DNA of 64,000 nt. Source: an uncultured Candidatus Poseidoniales archaeon (lineage in GTDB: Archaea; Thermoplasmatota; Poseidoniia; Poseidoniales; Poseidoniaceae). Both the position numbers and the translations under genes were made by a program. Location of the stretch: contig CAXAGT010000001.1 of NCBI GenBank assembly GCA_963968885.1, positions 5,861 to 69,860 on the forward strand. Reading direction: 5' to 3'. Each line of letters begins with the position of its first letter. The stretch's first letter is position 1. Of this stretch, positions 9,135 through 19,053 are shown piece by piece. The notes under the pieces are model-generated. The model searched no databases, was not told the DNA's origin, and saw only the letters and a list, made by a program, of their open reading frames with translations.

Positions 9135-9799
9135 CGTTTTTTCTTTCTATTCTTTCTTGCTTCTTGCTCGATTCTTTTCTTAGTGGCGGCCCATGAACAA
9201 ATTGGGCATGTTGCCAAATCATGCCAACGTGCCGGACAATACTCTCTGCCAAAGAATATTATTTGCAGATGTAATTTATTCCATGTGTTCTTAGGGAATA
9301 CTGCCTTGAGATCTTTTTCTGTTTTCTCTACCGTAGTTCCATTGCTTAGGCCCCACCTTGCTGCAAGCCTGTGAATATGAGTGTCAATTGGGAATGCCGG
9401 TACGCCAAAGGCTTGTGAAATCACAACACCTGCTGTTTTATGCCCCACGCCAGGTAATGACTCCAAACCTTCCATGGTATCAGGAATTTCCCCATCATAT
9501 GATTCAACTAAGATCTCACTTAATCTCTTGATATTTTTTGCCTTGGTCGGAGCAAGTCCAACTTCTCTTATCATTTCTCGAATCTCTTCAACTGATAATG
9601 TTGACATTTGTCTAGCATCGGGTCCTTTTGTGAACAATTGAGGAGTGACTTGGTTTACTTTCAAGTCAGTTGTTTGTGCACTCATCAGTACCGCTATCAG
9701 TAGTTGGAATGGAGTTTCATGGTCGAGAGGTGTAGGTGTTTCAGGATACAATTCTTCCAGCATATGCAGTATCTTCTCCGCCTTAGCTGATCGCTTCAT
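9131..9799 (-). CDS. nth: Endonuclease III (DNA glycosylase/AP lyase Nth)
   Basis: HhH-GPD with LPGVGHKTAGVV, 4Fe-4S cluster loop C-x6-C-x2-C-x5-C (CPARWHDLATCPICSWAA). Confidence 0.85.
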   Translation of the reverse strand: MKRSAKAEKILHMLEELYPETPTPLDHETPFQLLIAVLMSAQTTDLKVNQVTPQLFTKGPDARQMSTLSVEEIREMIREVGLAPTKAKNIKRLSEILVESYDGEIPDTMEGLESLPGVGHKTAGVVISQAFGVPAFPIDTHIHRLAARWGLSNGTTVEKTEKDLKAVFPKNTWNKLHLQIIFFGREYCPARWHDLATCPICSWAATKKRIEQEARKNRKKKR

Positions 9800-9808
9800 T
9801 CCAAATCC

Positions 9809-10048
9809 TCACGATTGCATCGCATATTCTTCCCCAGTTTTCCATCCGAAGAATACACCCAGTAAAACACTAGAAATTGGAATGAAATTACAAGCAAAAA
9901 TAGTTGTCAAACTGAAGTTGTCTTCTGGTCTGCCAACTAATATCCACACGAGTAAACCCAAAAATAATCCAGGAATTAACATTACAAATCCAAAACTCAA
10001 AGCCCTTGTCATTCTCATTTTATCACCATCATTTCGCAAGTGTTTCAA
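9809..10048 (-). CDS. Small membrane protein (2 TM)
   Basis: Hydrophobic 79-aa ORF between nth and polX, same strand. Confidence 0.3.
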   Translation of the reverse strand: MKHLRNDGDKMRMTRALSFGFVMLIPGLFLGLLVWILVGRPEDNFSLTTIFACNFIPISSVLLGVFFGWKTGEEYAMQS

Positions 10049-11969
10049 AAATTTCTTTATGAGTTAATGAATTCAAGACGTCCGATGATTCAAGCCACCC
10101 TTTCCTAGCATTCATCACTCCAAATCTTATGTCATTGAGTCCTGAAATTGAGTGAGCATCGGGATTAATAATCACCGGGACTCCCAAATCTTTCGCCCTC
10201 TTACAAAACTTCCAATCCAAGTCAAGTCTGTAAGGGCTTGCATTCAATTCTACTGCTTTCAATTTTCCATTCTCATTGTAATCTGACATGTGCTCTAAAA
10301 CAGCCTGAAGGTCGATTTCGTATCCATCTCTTCCTTGGAGTATGCGACCTGTGGGGTGACCTAGAATTGTCGTTGAGGGATGGTCGATTACTTTGCACAT
10401 TTCCTCGGTATTTTCGAATTCACTTCTCGCTCTCCATTTTGTCATGGCATGTACACTCGCTACAACATAGTCTAACTTCTCAAGTACTTCATCTGGGTGA
10501 TCTAATTTACCTCCTGCAAGAATATCTGATTCAACACCGTGAATTAGTCTAAAATCAACGCCCTGATCTTCCCATTCCGAATTGTAACGCTTAATTTTTG
10601 CTCCCTGTTCCAGCAAGTCATCTGCTGAAGCACCATTTGCAATTTTCAAAGTGGGCGAATGGTCGGCAATTCCAAGCCATTCCCAACCCATCTCTCTAGC
10701 TGCATGAGCCATTTCTTCCAAACTTGCTTCGCCATCTGAAAGTCTTGTGTGGTTGTGAAGGCTTCCTTTGATTTGATTTAGAGTGATTAAATTCGGTAGG
10801 GAAGATGTTTGGGCAGCGGAAATTTCACCTAAATCCTCTCTCAGTTCTGGTTCAACATAGTCCATGTCCAAATGCTTGTAAATATCAGATTCTTCTAAAG
10901 CAGGCAGAGAAAACTTGGCAGCGGCTTCTCCTTTCAGGTCTCCGATTTTATCGTGAGGTGACAACCCCCATTCGCTTAATGTAAGTCCCTTTTCAATTGC
11001 TTTTTGCCTCATTACAATGTTATGTTCCTTTGAACCTGTGAAGTATGCGAGCGTAAATGGTTCAATATGGGGTTCGACAATTCTAATCTGAGCATCTATT
11101 GTTCCACCGCTTTCAAGTTGTTCATACTCTGCTCCACCAATGGCTTCGAGAACATTTTTATCGATATGACCAACAGTGAATTCTTCCATGAATAGCGAGG
11201 TGTCTAGAATCAAACTTATCTTTGAATCTCCTGCTCCTTTAACGTCTGCTATGCCAGGTAGGGATAGCACATCATTACTGATTTGTGCATGATGTTTAGA
11301 TTCAGCAGAAACAACGATATCCAAGTCACCAATTGTTGACTTTCTTCTCCTTGCCGAACCTGCCAAAGTTGCTCTTTTGACATTTTCAATCCCAGAGATA
11401 CGACTTTCAAAAGCAAGACCATACATTAATCCAATATCGAGTCTTCTCCTTGATCTAAATCTGGCAAGTAATTCGATTCCATCCAGTATCTTCTGTTGTG
11501 ACTTAGCTCCAAACCCACTGAGCGGTGCGATTTTTCCATCCTCTGCAACTTCCTTCAGTTCAGTGATACTCTCCACACCAAATTCCTGATTTAATCGCTG
11601 AATTTTCTTAGGCCCCATACCGGGTATGCCCAACATTTCGATTAGCCCTGGGGCTGTATCTTCATGGAGTCTAACCCAATCATCTGGCCATGATCCTGTT
11701 GACATTGCTTCTGAGATAGCGTTTGCAAGACCTTTACCGATTCCTTTGATATTGATTAGTTCTTTAGTTTGCACAAGTTCCCAGAGATCTTGATTCATTG
11801 TACCAAGTGTTCTACTTCCATTTTGATATGAACGAATTCTGAATACGTTTGCTCCGTCCAATTCGAGAAGAACTCCGACTTGGTGCAATACCTTCGAAAC
11901 TTGATTTCTTGAGAAGTATGGCGCAGCATCTCCCCTTGGCTTGGGTAATGTGAAATTGGATTGCGCCAT
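10029..11969 (-). CDS. polX: Family X DNA polymerase with C-terminal PHP phosphoesterase domain (PolX)
   Basis: HhH motifs (GIGKGLANAI, GIPGMGPKK), Pol-beta nucleotidyltransferase motif GSARRRKSTIGDLDIVV, PHP motif LHNHTRLSDG...ADHSP. Confidence 0.85.
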   Translation of the reverse strand: MAQSNFTLPKPRGDAAPYFSRNQVSKVLHQVGVLLELDGANVFRIRSYQNGSRTLGTMNQDLWELVQTKELINIKGIGKGLANAISEAMSTGSWPDDWVRLHEDTAPGLIEMLGIPGMGPKKIQRLNQEFGVESITELKEVAEDGKIAPLSGFGAKSQQKILDGIELLARFRSRRRLDIGLMYGLAFESRISGIENVKRATLAGSARRRKSTIGDLDIVVSAESKHHAQISNDVLSLPGIADVKGAGDSKISLILDTSLFMEEFTVGHIDKNVLEAIGGAEYEQLESGGTIDAQIRIVEPHIEPFTLAYFTGSKEHNIVMRQKAIEKGLTLSEWGLSPHDKIGDLKGEAAAKFSLPALEESDIYKHLDMDYVEPELREDLGEISAAQTSSLPNLITLNQIKGSLHNHTRLSDGEASLEEMAHAAREMGWEWLGIADHSPTLKIANGASADDLLEQGAKIKRYNSEWEDQGVDFRLIHGVESDILAGGKLDHPDEVLEKLDYVVASVHAMTKWRARSEFENTEEMCKVIDHPSTTILGHPTGRILQGRDGYEIDLQAVLEHMSDYNENGKLKAVELNASPYRLDLDWKFCKRAKDLGVPVIINPDAHSISGLNDIRFGVMNARKGWLESSDVLNSLTHKEIFETLAK

Positions 11970-12059
11970 GGTATCAGCAGTGGTTTTCAGTAGTTAAGGC
12001 TTGATTAACAAAAACTAAGCAAAGGTTTCCTTTGTTAAGGTGGACCTTTTGGTAAATAC

Positions 12060-12386
12060 ATGGCAGTTGCCGAGTTCATGGTAAATTTGACCGAAATCTT
12101 ATGCGGTACCAGTGCGATTTTGTTTACCTTCATTGCTACATTTTCTCGTTCGGAGAGACTTGAATTGACAATGCAAAATATACTATTTTTCCTGCTCATC
12201 GCTAGCGCAGCTAGTCTGTGGGGCGTTTCCTTAACCGGTGGGACGATATGGGGTGATGATTATATTGCTAGACCTCTTTCTTTGATTTGTATTGTCTTGG
12301 CTATCTCTGCCAGGCTAAACATCAAGGGCAAGAATGTCTCATTTGGAGCCAATCCTCATTCTATCGGAAGAAATGAAGAAGAATAA
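12060..12386 (+). CDS. Hypothetical membrane protein
   Basis: Three hydrophobic helices; no recognisable motif. Confidence 0.3.
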   Translation: MAVAEFMVNLTEILCGTSAILFTFIATFSRSERLELTMQNILFFLLIASAASLWGVSLTGGTIWGDDYIARPLSLICIVLAISARLNIKGKNVSFGANPHSIGRNEEE

Positions 12387-12430
12387 CTAAAACTGAATTA
12401 CATCATAAATTGCACAAGGAAGAGGTTGAC

Positions 12431-13618
12431 ATGGGTAGAGTAGTTGCAAGTGCCCCTGGTAAATGTATTCTATTCGGCGAACATGCTGTGGTGTACGGGC
12501 AGCCTGCTGTGGCTGTGGCAATCGAGCAAAGGATGAATGTTGAGATTTCAACAGAGGACGAAATTTCGGAGTGGAAACTAGATGGAAAAGAGTTTGATGG
12601 TTCAAAACATCCCCATGTCCAAGCGCTTAGAGACCGAATGTGGCCTAAGTCCTTGGGTGCCTCTGCACTTTCAATAAAAATTCATGGAGATATACCTGCT
12701 GCAAGCGGTTTAGGTTCATCTGCAGCCCTCTCAGTTGCTGCTTGTGGAGCACTCAGAGCAGCAAGAGGTAGATGGATCAGGAAAAACGGTGATTTTACAG
12801 ATCCAAATGATTGGGCAGAGGGTTATCACTCGTTAATTGAGGATACTAATTCATATGCTAACTGTGAAAATATTCGAGACAGCGGTAGAAGAATTGGGCA
12901 GAATGGTTTAGGTCACCTGCATATATTCGGTCAGGATTCTGTTGACATAGAGGAGTGCTCCATCGTAGGTCATTCGATAGAAGCGGTTGCTCAAGGTGGA
13001 AGAGCTAGTCCAATGGATGCTACGACGTGTGCTTATGGTGGAATAATACTTCTCTCTGATAAACTAGAGCCTGGAGTTGACTGGAATGGTTCTAGGAGCC
13101 TTACGACACCAAATGGAAAAGTCTCATGGGAGATTCATTCTGTTAGTGCTAAAAGTCCCGATGACTTATTTCTAGTGATAGGACATACTGGTGATTATTC
13201 ATCTACTGCTCAACAAGTAAAATTTGTCGCAGATCTTTTGGAAAAAGACCCTAAGAGGATGAAAGAAATTGAAGCGATTGGACATGTGGCTAGGAGAGGA
13301 GTTGACGCTTTGCTGAAAGGAGATTACATCGCAGTAGGTCATGCAATGAAAGAAAATCAGGTACTCTTGTCATTACTTGGAGTTTCTTCGGAAAAATTGG
13401 ATAGTTTAGTAGAGGCTGCAAACCCTTCCTCTCTTGGTGCGAAACTGACAGGAGCAGGTGGTGGTGGGTGCATGATAGCATTGACTCGGAATCCAAAAGA
13501 GACCTCTGAAGCGATTGAACTTGCAGGTGGGAGAACTTGGATTTCAAAATTTAACAATCAAGGTTTGACTATTGACACAAAATCGGATTTACCAATATGG
13601 TTTCCACCCGGTAATTAG
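12431..13618 (+). CDS. mvk: Mevalonate kinase (GHMP kinase family)
   Basis: GKCILFGEHAVVYGQPAVAVAI, ATP loop PAASGLGSSAALSVAA, C-terminal KLTGAGGGGCMIAL; AGGAAGAGG upstream of ATG 12431. Confidence 0.8.
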   Translation: MGRVVASAPGKCILFGEHAVVYGQPAVAVAIEQRMNVEISTEDEISEWKLDGKEFDGSKHPHVQALRDRMWPKSLGASALSIKIHGDIPAASGLGSSAALSVAACGALRAARGRWIRKNGDFTDPNDWAEGYHSLIEDTNSYANCENIRDSGRRIGQNGLGHLHIFGQDSVDIEECSIVGHSIEAVAQGGRASPMDATTCAYGGIILLSDKLEPGVDWNGSRSLTTPNGKVSWEIHSVSAKSPDDLFLVIGHTGDYSSTAQQVKFVADLLEKDPKRMKEIEAIGHVARRGVDALLKGDYIAVGHAMKENQVLLSLLGVSSEKLDSLVEAANPSSLGAKLTGAGGGGCMIALTRNPKETSEAIELAGGRTWISKFNNQGLTIDTKSDLPIWFPPGN

Positions 13619-13650
13619 GACAAAATATGTTATAAAATTCCGGTTGCTCT

Positions 13651-13658
13651 TTTATATA
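13651..13658 (+). promoter_or_regulatory. TATA box (TTTATATA) for the TBP gene; about 23-27 nt upstream of tandem ATGs at 13678/13681, implying a leaderless transcript
   Basis: Sequence ctcTTTTATATActcgactttttt ggagcacATGATG; no SD-like motif. Confidence 0.4.
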
Positions 13659-13677
13659 CTCGACTTTTTTGGAGCAC

Positions 13678-14295
13678 ATGATGACCACCGATGAAGAGAG
13701 GCTAACAGTCGTAAACGTTGTAGCAAGCACAAGAGTTGCTGAAGAACTTGACCTTCCAGATATTGCAATCCAATTGAATTGTGAATACGAACCAGAACAG
13801 TTCCCTGGAGTTGTTTACAGAGTCACAGAGCCAAAGTTGGCTATATTGATGTTCAGAAGCGGTCGTGCGGTATGTACTGGCGGAAAAGACGAGGATAACA
13901 TCCACACTGGTATCGATAGAATGATCCAGGACCTCAGAGGTGCTGGTATCACAACATGGGACCTGAAAGATGTTGAAATTGAAGTCCAAAACATGGTTGC
14001 AACTTACGCTCTGCACTACCCTGAGGATTATGATGGAAACGACAAATTCACAAACGAGCCACTGGCAGGTCAACCAAGGAAATTAAACCTGAACCACTTG
14101 ACTTTCCACCTTCCATTCGACAAGGTTGAATACGAGCCAGAGCAATTCCCAGGATTGATCTACAGGCTTGACTACCCTAAGGTTGTCTGCTTGATTTTCG
14201 GTTCTGGTAAGATGGTTATTACTGGTGCTAGACACAAAGACGAAATTCTTGAGGCTGTAGAAATAATCAAGGATGAGTTAGCAGACCTTCTGTGA
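13678..14295 (+). CDS. tbp: TATA-box binding protein
   Basis: Two TBP repeats (VNVVASTRVAEELDLPDIA...; direct repeat EYEPEQFPGVVYR / EYEPEQFPGLIYR), about 200 aa. Confidence 0.92.
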   Translation: MMTTDEERLTVVNVVASTRVAEELDLPDIAIQLNCEYEPEQFPGVVYRVTEPKLAILMFRSGRAVCTGGKDEDNIHTGIDRMIQDLRGAGITTWDLKDVEIEVQNMVATYALHYPEDYDGNDKFTNEPLAGQPRKLNLNHLTFHLPFDKVEYEPEQFPGLIYRLDYPKVVCLIFGSGKMVITGARHKDEILEAVEIIKDELADLL

Positions 14296-14300
14296 ATTAG

Positions 14301-14651
14301 ATGAAAATTTTCCTTGCAAGAGTGCTTACTGCACTACATCTGGGGCTGTTTGTCTTTGGATTGCTTGGCTGGTTACTTCCACACCCAGTTGTGATTTTTC
14401 ATACCATGTTCATGATAGGTCTAAGAATACACTGGAAAGTATACAATGGATGTATATTGACCGATTGGGAAAAATCTCTTCTCGGTAAAGAATCAAATCC
14501 TGATAGGCATTTCACTAGAGACTTACTACTGCGTCTGGGATTCAAAAACATCAGCGTTGAACTGGCTTCAAAGTTGCTTAGAATATTCACTGATTGCCTA
14601 ATATTGTTATCAGTGATTATATCAATTTCAGGATTTTTTGTTTCAATTTGA
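14301..14651 (+). CDS. Hypothetical membrane protein (3-4 TM)
   Basis: Hydrophobic ORF; no motif. Confidence 0.3.
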   Translation: MKIFLARVLTALHLGLFVFGLLGWLLPHPVVIFHTMFMIGLRIHWKVYNGCILTDWEKSLLGKESNPDRHFTRDLLLRLGFKNISVELASKLLRIFTDCLILLSVIISISGFFVSI

Positions 14652-14688
14652 CTATTATAATCAAGTATTGGAACATTCTCGGGTGAGC

Positions 14689-17600
14689 ATGGACAGTAAG
14701 TTGACGTGTGTTTTTCTGGTTTTGGTAATGGGGCTAGCTCCGATTATCGGATTAGTTGAAAATACGAGCGAATTGGATAATTTATCGATTAGCAGATCAG
14801 GCTCAGCCGATGGCTCAGTTGATATTTCATCCTGGAGAATCGGAGACACTTGGGTTTATGAAACCGAATTTGATGTAGCACAACTGATTGCTCAAGCAGA
14901 AGTTTCAGCGTCTCTAAACACATTGACTGGTGACACAGATGTTGAGGTGGTAGACATTTACTTCATCGATATAAATGGGACAACTACACTAGTCTATGAA
15001 ATGGAATACGATGGAGACTTCTCTTCAGGAAATAGCGGGGCAACCCTTGAAGGGGTAAGTGGTAGGTTAGAAATCTCTTATGACGGTACTGATGTAATAA
15101 GAGTAAGAGACAATGCAGTCGTATCATCTGAGTTCTCCTTGGGGGTGGATTTTTATCCATTTAATATCGGATTTTTGAGACAAGACATTGCAGATTTAAC
15201 CTTCAACACAACTTATGATTCTCCAAAAGAGCATAGAGATTTCCCTATGAGATATGGTGATCAGTGGTACAAAAACTACGAAGCTGCAACGACTGTTAGC
15301 GGAAGTTCAGATTTTTTCGACCCATCACTCTTCGACACGACAGAGCAAGAAAACACGTCTTGGCAAATTACCAAGGAAGGTGTTCCAACAGAGAATGGGG
15401 TCTCTCCTGCCTATTCAGGATGTGACGATTCCTACAAGCTGATGCAGTATAACGCTACAGGAGTAAATACTGGATTTGAGTGGTATTGTCCTGCTGTTAG
15501 AAATTATGCGTGGCTGAAGGTCATTAACTCTGCAGGATTTGAAATTGATTGGCTATTGAAGAGGTATAATCCCAGCGACTCTTTTGGAGTTGATGCTGGA
15601 TCAAATCCTGGACAAAGAAATGTAGTAATTGACGTTGACTTACAATATCTTGCAGTTCTTCCAAACTCAGAAGAATATGTTAACGCAACATATGAGACTG
15701 CGCAAGGACAAGCTCAAACCAACAAAAACTTACAATTGAGGTACGAATCTGCTCAAACTATTGTCAGCCCAACTACAAATTCATTTGGAGAAACATCAAC
15801 TTTGTTGAATGTTTCAGATGAATTAGACAATTCTCCGTCCAGTGATGACCACACTAGTAACGGAGTAATTGTTTGGGACCCGCAGCAGAACATTATCGGA
15901 GTTGCTACTATTTGGATGGACCTTTCCTTAGTGGCTGTTGATTTAGTTGCTCAAACCGAATCTGTAATAGTCGAGAGAACAAGAGATAACCAAACATTAA
16001 CTTTGACACAATCTATTGGATTTAACGCTCTTCCAGGAGATGTTTTGTCTTTCTCTTTACCTGCACAAAATAGAGGATTGCTTTCATCTGTAGCAACAGA
16101 AATTGAAGTTTTAACGCCTGATGGTGTTACAACACGCCAACTGATCTCTTCGGTTGGACCATATTCGGAGCAGAGAGCAATAGTTGATTGGACAGTCCCT
16201 GAAGGCTCTCAAATTGGAACACAAACAGTTCAATTCAGTGTTGACCCAGATGGCTATGAAAGTAGAGATGCCAACCTTTCAAACAACGTCGGACAGTTTG
16301 AAATATTTATTGGTAGAGCGCCAACTGGAATATTTAGTCCTCCTTCCGGATTCTATACATTTGAAAATGTGACATTAGATGCGAGTTCTTCTTTTGATGA
16401 AGATGGAGGAGATGTGTCCTGTCTTTATGAAATTGAATCAAGACCTGGTTTAATCGATAGATTCGACGTTGAGGATTGCTCAACAAGTTGGAATTGGAGT
16501 AATGGTGGAGAATGGACTATTACTATCACAGTAACAGACGATGAGCTTGACACATTCGTAATCATGGAAATGATAACAATTCTAAACAGAGCACCATACG
16601 CAAATTTAACGCATCCTGAATCTGTTTTGGTTGAATCACCAATAACTGTTGATGCAAGTGATTCTGGCGACGTTGATACTGTGTCACCTCTTGGACAAGA
16701 TGTAATTGTATCATGGCCTGGGTTGACCTGCCAAGAAGGAACTACGCAAGACACGTGTACATTCATTCCAACCGAAGAGGGAGAAACTGTTGTAACAGCA
16801 AAAGTTACGGACGACGATGGTGAATCAATTTATGTTAATTCAACATTCATGGTACTCAACAAGGACCCTACAGTCTCTGCTGTTTCGGTGGTAGTCAACG
16901 GTATTCCAATCGATGTTACATCTCAGGTAGTCAATGTCGAAGAAGACCAAGAAGTAACTCTAGTTGCTCAAGCCATAGATTCTCTAAATGATTTGGATGA
17001 CATAGTTGTCGAATGGACTCCGTCAGATAGAGATTCAAATTGGACTGAATCTACCATAGGAGCCGATTCGTCAGTTCAAGTTTCATGGTCAGAACCTGGC
17101 CAACACATAATGTCAGTCAGAGCATATGATGACGATGGTTCATCCTCGGAATCAACAACTGCCGTTGTCAATGTACTGAATGTTGAGCCTGAAATTTCAG
17201 GTTTAATGGGAGATAGAGCAATTTTTGAAGATGAGATGGTTAACCTCTCTGTAAGTGTAAGCGATACACCTTCAGATATTGATGATCTAGTTGTTTGCTG
17301 GGACCTAAACACGGCACTTGATTCCGATGCTAACGGCTTTTCAGATGACGATTGTGATCGAACTGGTTTATTCACAGAAGTTGTTTGGACTACTTCAGGA
17401 ATAAGAAATGTAAGAGCATGGGTTACTGATGATAACGGAGCTTTTGCTGAAATGTTCACTAATTTGAGTGTTGTAAATGCAAGACCAACAGCAGATATTT
17501 CCAATATCTCAGACATCACCGTAATCTATGAAGGGGATTCAATCAACTTGACCGCTATCGGTTCCTCTGATACCCCTGGAGACAGAGCGACTTTGATTTA

Positions 17601-18462
17601 TTCATGGGATGCATCTTCTATCCCTGGAGGTCCAGATGCTACGAGTGAAGTATTCGAAATAACCAATCTTCCATTGGGAACAGTCTATGTTAATCTTACA
17701 GTAATCGATGATGATGGTGAAACTAATATCGATAGTTTTACTTTCGAGGTTATTGAGAGACCTAGCACAGGTCTAATATCGACTCTAGAGGACAATCTCG
17801 GTTCCAAGGGTGCTGCTTACGCAGTTATCGTATTGGTGCCTTTAGTATTCATATTAGGTTCAGTTCTAGTTCTTTCTAGAAGAAAATCTGATGATGAATT
17901 GCCAGTCCTAGAATCCTTCTTGCCACCTGATGGAATGCCATTAGGCGCCCCTCCTGCTCCGTTAAAGGAGACTCCTGCAATTCCTGTACCTGATTATTCA
18001 GCTCAGCCAGAAGGATATGTCCAAGACCAATCAGTTTCAGCATTTGCCCAAACAAATTATCAGACTCAAAGTCAAACTGATTTCTATCAACAAGCACCCA
18101 CGCTTCAACCAGAGCCAGCTCCACCAGCAGGGCCACCGCTACCAACAACTGGTCTACCTGATGGTTGGACAATGGAGCAGTGGAATCATTACGGTCAGCA
18201 ATGGTTAGACGCTAATCCACAATTAGTTCAACAGCCAACCAGCCAGCCGTCTGATCCATTTGCTGCTTTACAGCCAAATCCTTCGCCAGATGTTGCAGTT
18301 TCCGCGCAACCTGTTGATTCATACGCTGCTCAGCCGGCAACTGATGCAAACCAATTCGGAGTATCCCAAACACCGAATGAATTTGCTGCCCCTAGCTTGA
18401 ACCAGCAACCAGTTAATCAAGACAATAATTTCTCGGATTTATTGGATGGACTAGATATCTGA
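14689..18462 (+). CDS. Large secreted/cell-surface protein with N-terminal signal peptide, tandem PKD-like Ig-fold repeats, C-terminal TM anchor and about 230-aa Pro/Gln-rich tail
   Basis: Signal peptide MDSKLTCVFLVLVMGLAPIIG; repeated motif VTDDdG...f.v.V.N..P at least 5 times (VTDDELDTF, VTDDDGESIY, AYDDDGSSSE, VTDDNGAFAE, VIDDDGETNI); TM AAYAVIVLVPLVFILGSVLVL then RRKSDD; many N-x-S/T sequons. Confidence 0.7.
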   Translation: MDSKLTCVFLVLVMGLAPIIGLVENTSELDNLSISRSGSADGSVDISSWRIGDTWVYETEFDVAQLIAQAEVSASLNTLTGDTDVEVVDIYFIDINGTTTLVYEMEYDGDFSSGNSGATLEGVSGRLEISYDGTDVIRVRDNAVVSSEFSLGVDFYPFNIGFLRQDIADLTFNTTYDSPKEHRDFPMRYGDQWYKNYEAATTVSGSSDFFDPSLFDTTEQENTSWQITKEGVPTENGVSPAYSGCDDSYKLMQYNATGVNTGFEWYCPAVRNYAWLKVINSAGFEIDWLLKRYNPSDSFGVDAGSNPGQRNVVIDVDLQYLAVLPNSEEYVNATYETAQGQAQTNKNLQLRYESAQTIVSPTTNSFGETSTLLNVSDELDNSPSSDDHTSNGVIVWDPQQNIIGVATIWMDLSLVAVDLVAQTESVIVERTRDNQTLTLTQSIGFNALPGDVLSFSLPAQNRGLLSSVATEIEVLTPDGVTTRQLISSVGPYSEQRAIVDWTVPEGSQIGTQTVQFSVDPDGYESRDANLSNNVGQFEIFIGRAPTGIFSPPSGFYTFENVTLDASSSFDEDGGDVSCLYEIESRPGLIDRFDVEDCSTSWNWSNGGEWTITITVTDDELDTFVIMEMITILNRAPYANLTHPESVLVESPITVDASDSGDVDTVSPLGQDVIVSWPGLTCQEGTTQDTCTFIPTEEGETVVTAKVTDDDGESIYVNSTFMVLNKDPTVSAVSVVVNGIPIDVTSQVVNVEEDQEVTLVAQAIDSLNDLDDIVVEWTPSDRDSNWTESTIGADSSVQVSWSEPGQHIMSVRAYDDDGSSSESTTAVVNVLNVEPEISGLMGDRAIFEDEMVNLSVSVSDTPSDIDDLVVCWDLNTALDSDANGFSDDDCDRTGLFTEVVWTTSGIRNVRAWVTDDNGAFAEMFTNLSVVNARPTADISNISDITVIYEGDSINLTAIGSSDTPGDRATLIYSWDASSIPGGPDATSEVFEITNLPLGTVYVNLTVIDDDGETNIDSFTFEVIERPSTGLISTLEDNLGSKGAAYAVIVLVPLVFILGSVLVLSRRKSDDELPVLESFLPPDGMPLGAPPAPLKETPAIPVPDYSAQPEGYVQDQSVSAFAQTNYQTQSQTDFYQQAPTLQPEPAPPAGPPLPTTGLPDGWTMEQWNHYGQQWLDANPQLVQQPTSQPSDPFAALQPNPSPDVAVSAQPVDSYAAQPATDANQFGVSQTPNEFAAPSLNQQPVNQDNNFSDLLDGLDI

Positions 18463-18500
18463 GGTGATTTTTTCTGGGAGGACTTTGGGAATTTTTTGGT

Positions 18501-19010
18501 TTGCCTGACCCAGATCCCAAAAGAGAATCAATTTCAACCAACAACTCTGAAATGGAATCTGGTGGGATGCCAAGCCATGTTCATGAACCTGCTGTAGAAT
18601 CAAGAGAGGTGATTGATAATTCTGGCAAGCAAAATATTCCGAGTAACTGGATTGGTCCTAAATTACCAAACGGCGAAGCATTTCATGACCTTGAATCCCT
18701 TAGTTTTAGGAAAAATAAAATTCCAACTAGGGCACTAAGGATGGTCACTCCAAATGAAAAGCATAGAATCGATTTAGAGGGAATTGCTCAAAGATCTGTC
18801 CAAGGAGATATCTCAATAGTAAATCTGGGTGATTTGACACACATGCAAAGCCAACAGAACTTTTTGCGCAGAGAATTACGCATGCTTTCAGAAAACACTG
18901 GTTTACACATTTATTCCTTAGATAATGATGAAAAATTGATGTTGGTTCCTGGGATTGATGTTGTTGTGGATACTACGCGACATGAGTTAGGGATGAATGG
19001 ATTACTATGA
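18501..19010 (+). CDS. sepF: SepF-like (DUF552) protein, candidate FtsZ-anchor/cell-division protein; start uncertain (TTG 18501, ATG 18549 or 18564)
   Basis: C-terminal core ISIVNLGDL...NFLRRELRMLSENTGLHIYSLDNDEKLMLVPGIDVVV resembles SepF (vVvNL...aKRivDFlsG.vyAigG.i..i...iflctP.nV.v). Confidence 0.4.
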   Translation: MPDPDPKRESISTNNSEMESGGMPSHVHEPAVESREVIDNSGKQNIPSNWIGPKLPNGEAFHDLESLSFRKNKIPTRALRMVTPNEKHRIDLEGIAQRSVQGDISIVNLGDLTHMQSQQNFLRRELRMLSENTGLHIYSLDNDEKLMLVPGIDVVVDTTRHELGMNGLL

Positions 19011-19053
19011 AATTTTTAACTGCGTCTTAGAAATTTTTTAGAATAGATGTGAG

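Noticed and set aside
12410-12430. Longer MVK start (MHKEEVD...)
   Set aside because: ATG 12431 is preceded by AGGAAGAGG at proper spacing and yields the canonical GHMP-kinase N-terminus (MGRVVASAPGK).
17830-18462. Whether the P/Q-rich tail is a separate gene or frameshifted fragment
   Set aside because: The frame is continuous from the PKD repeats through the TM into the tail with no stop. Composition shifts, but this is consistent with an intrinsically disordered tail of the same protein.
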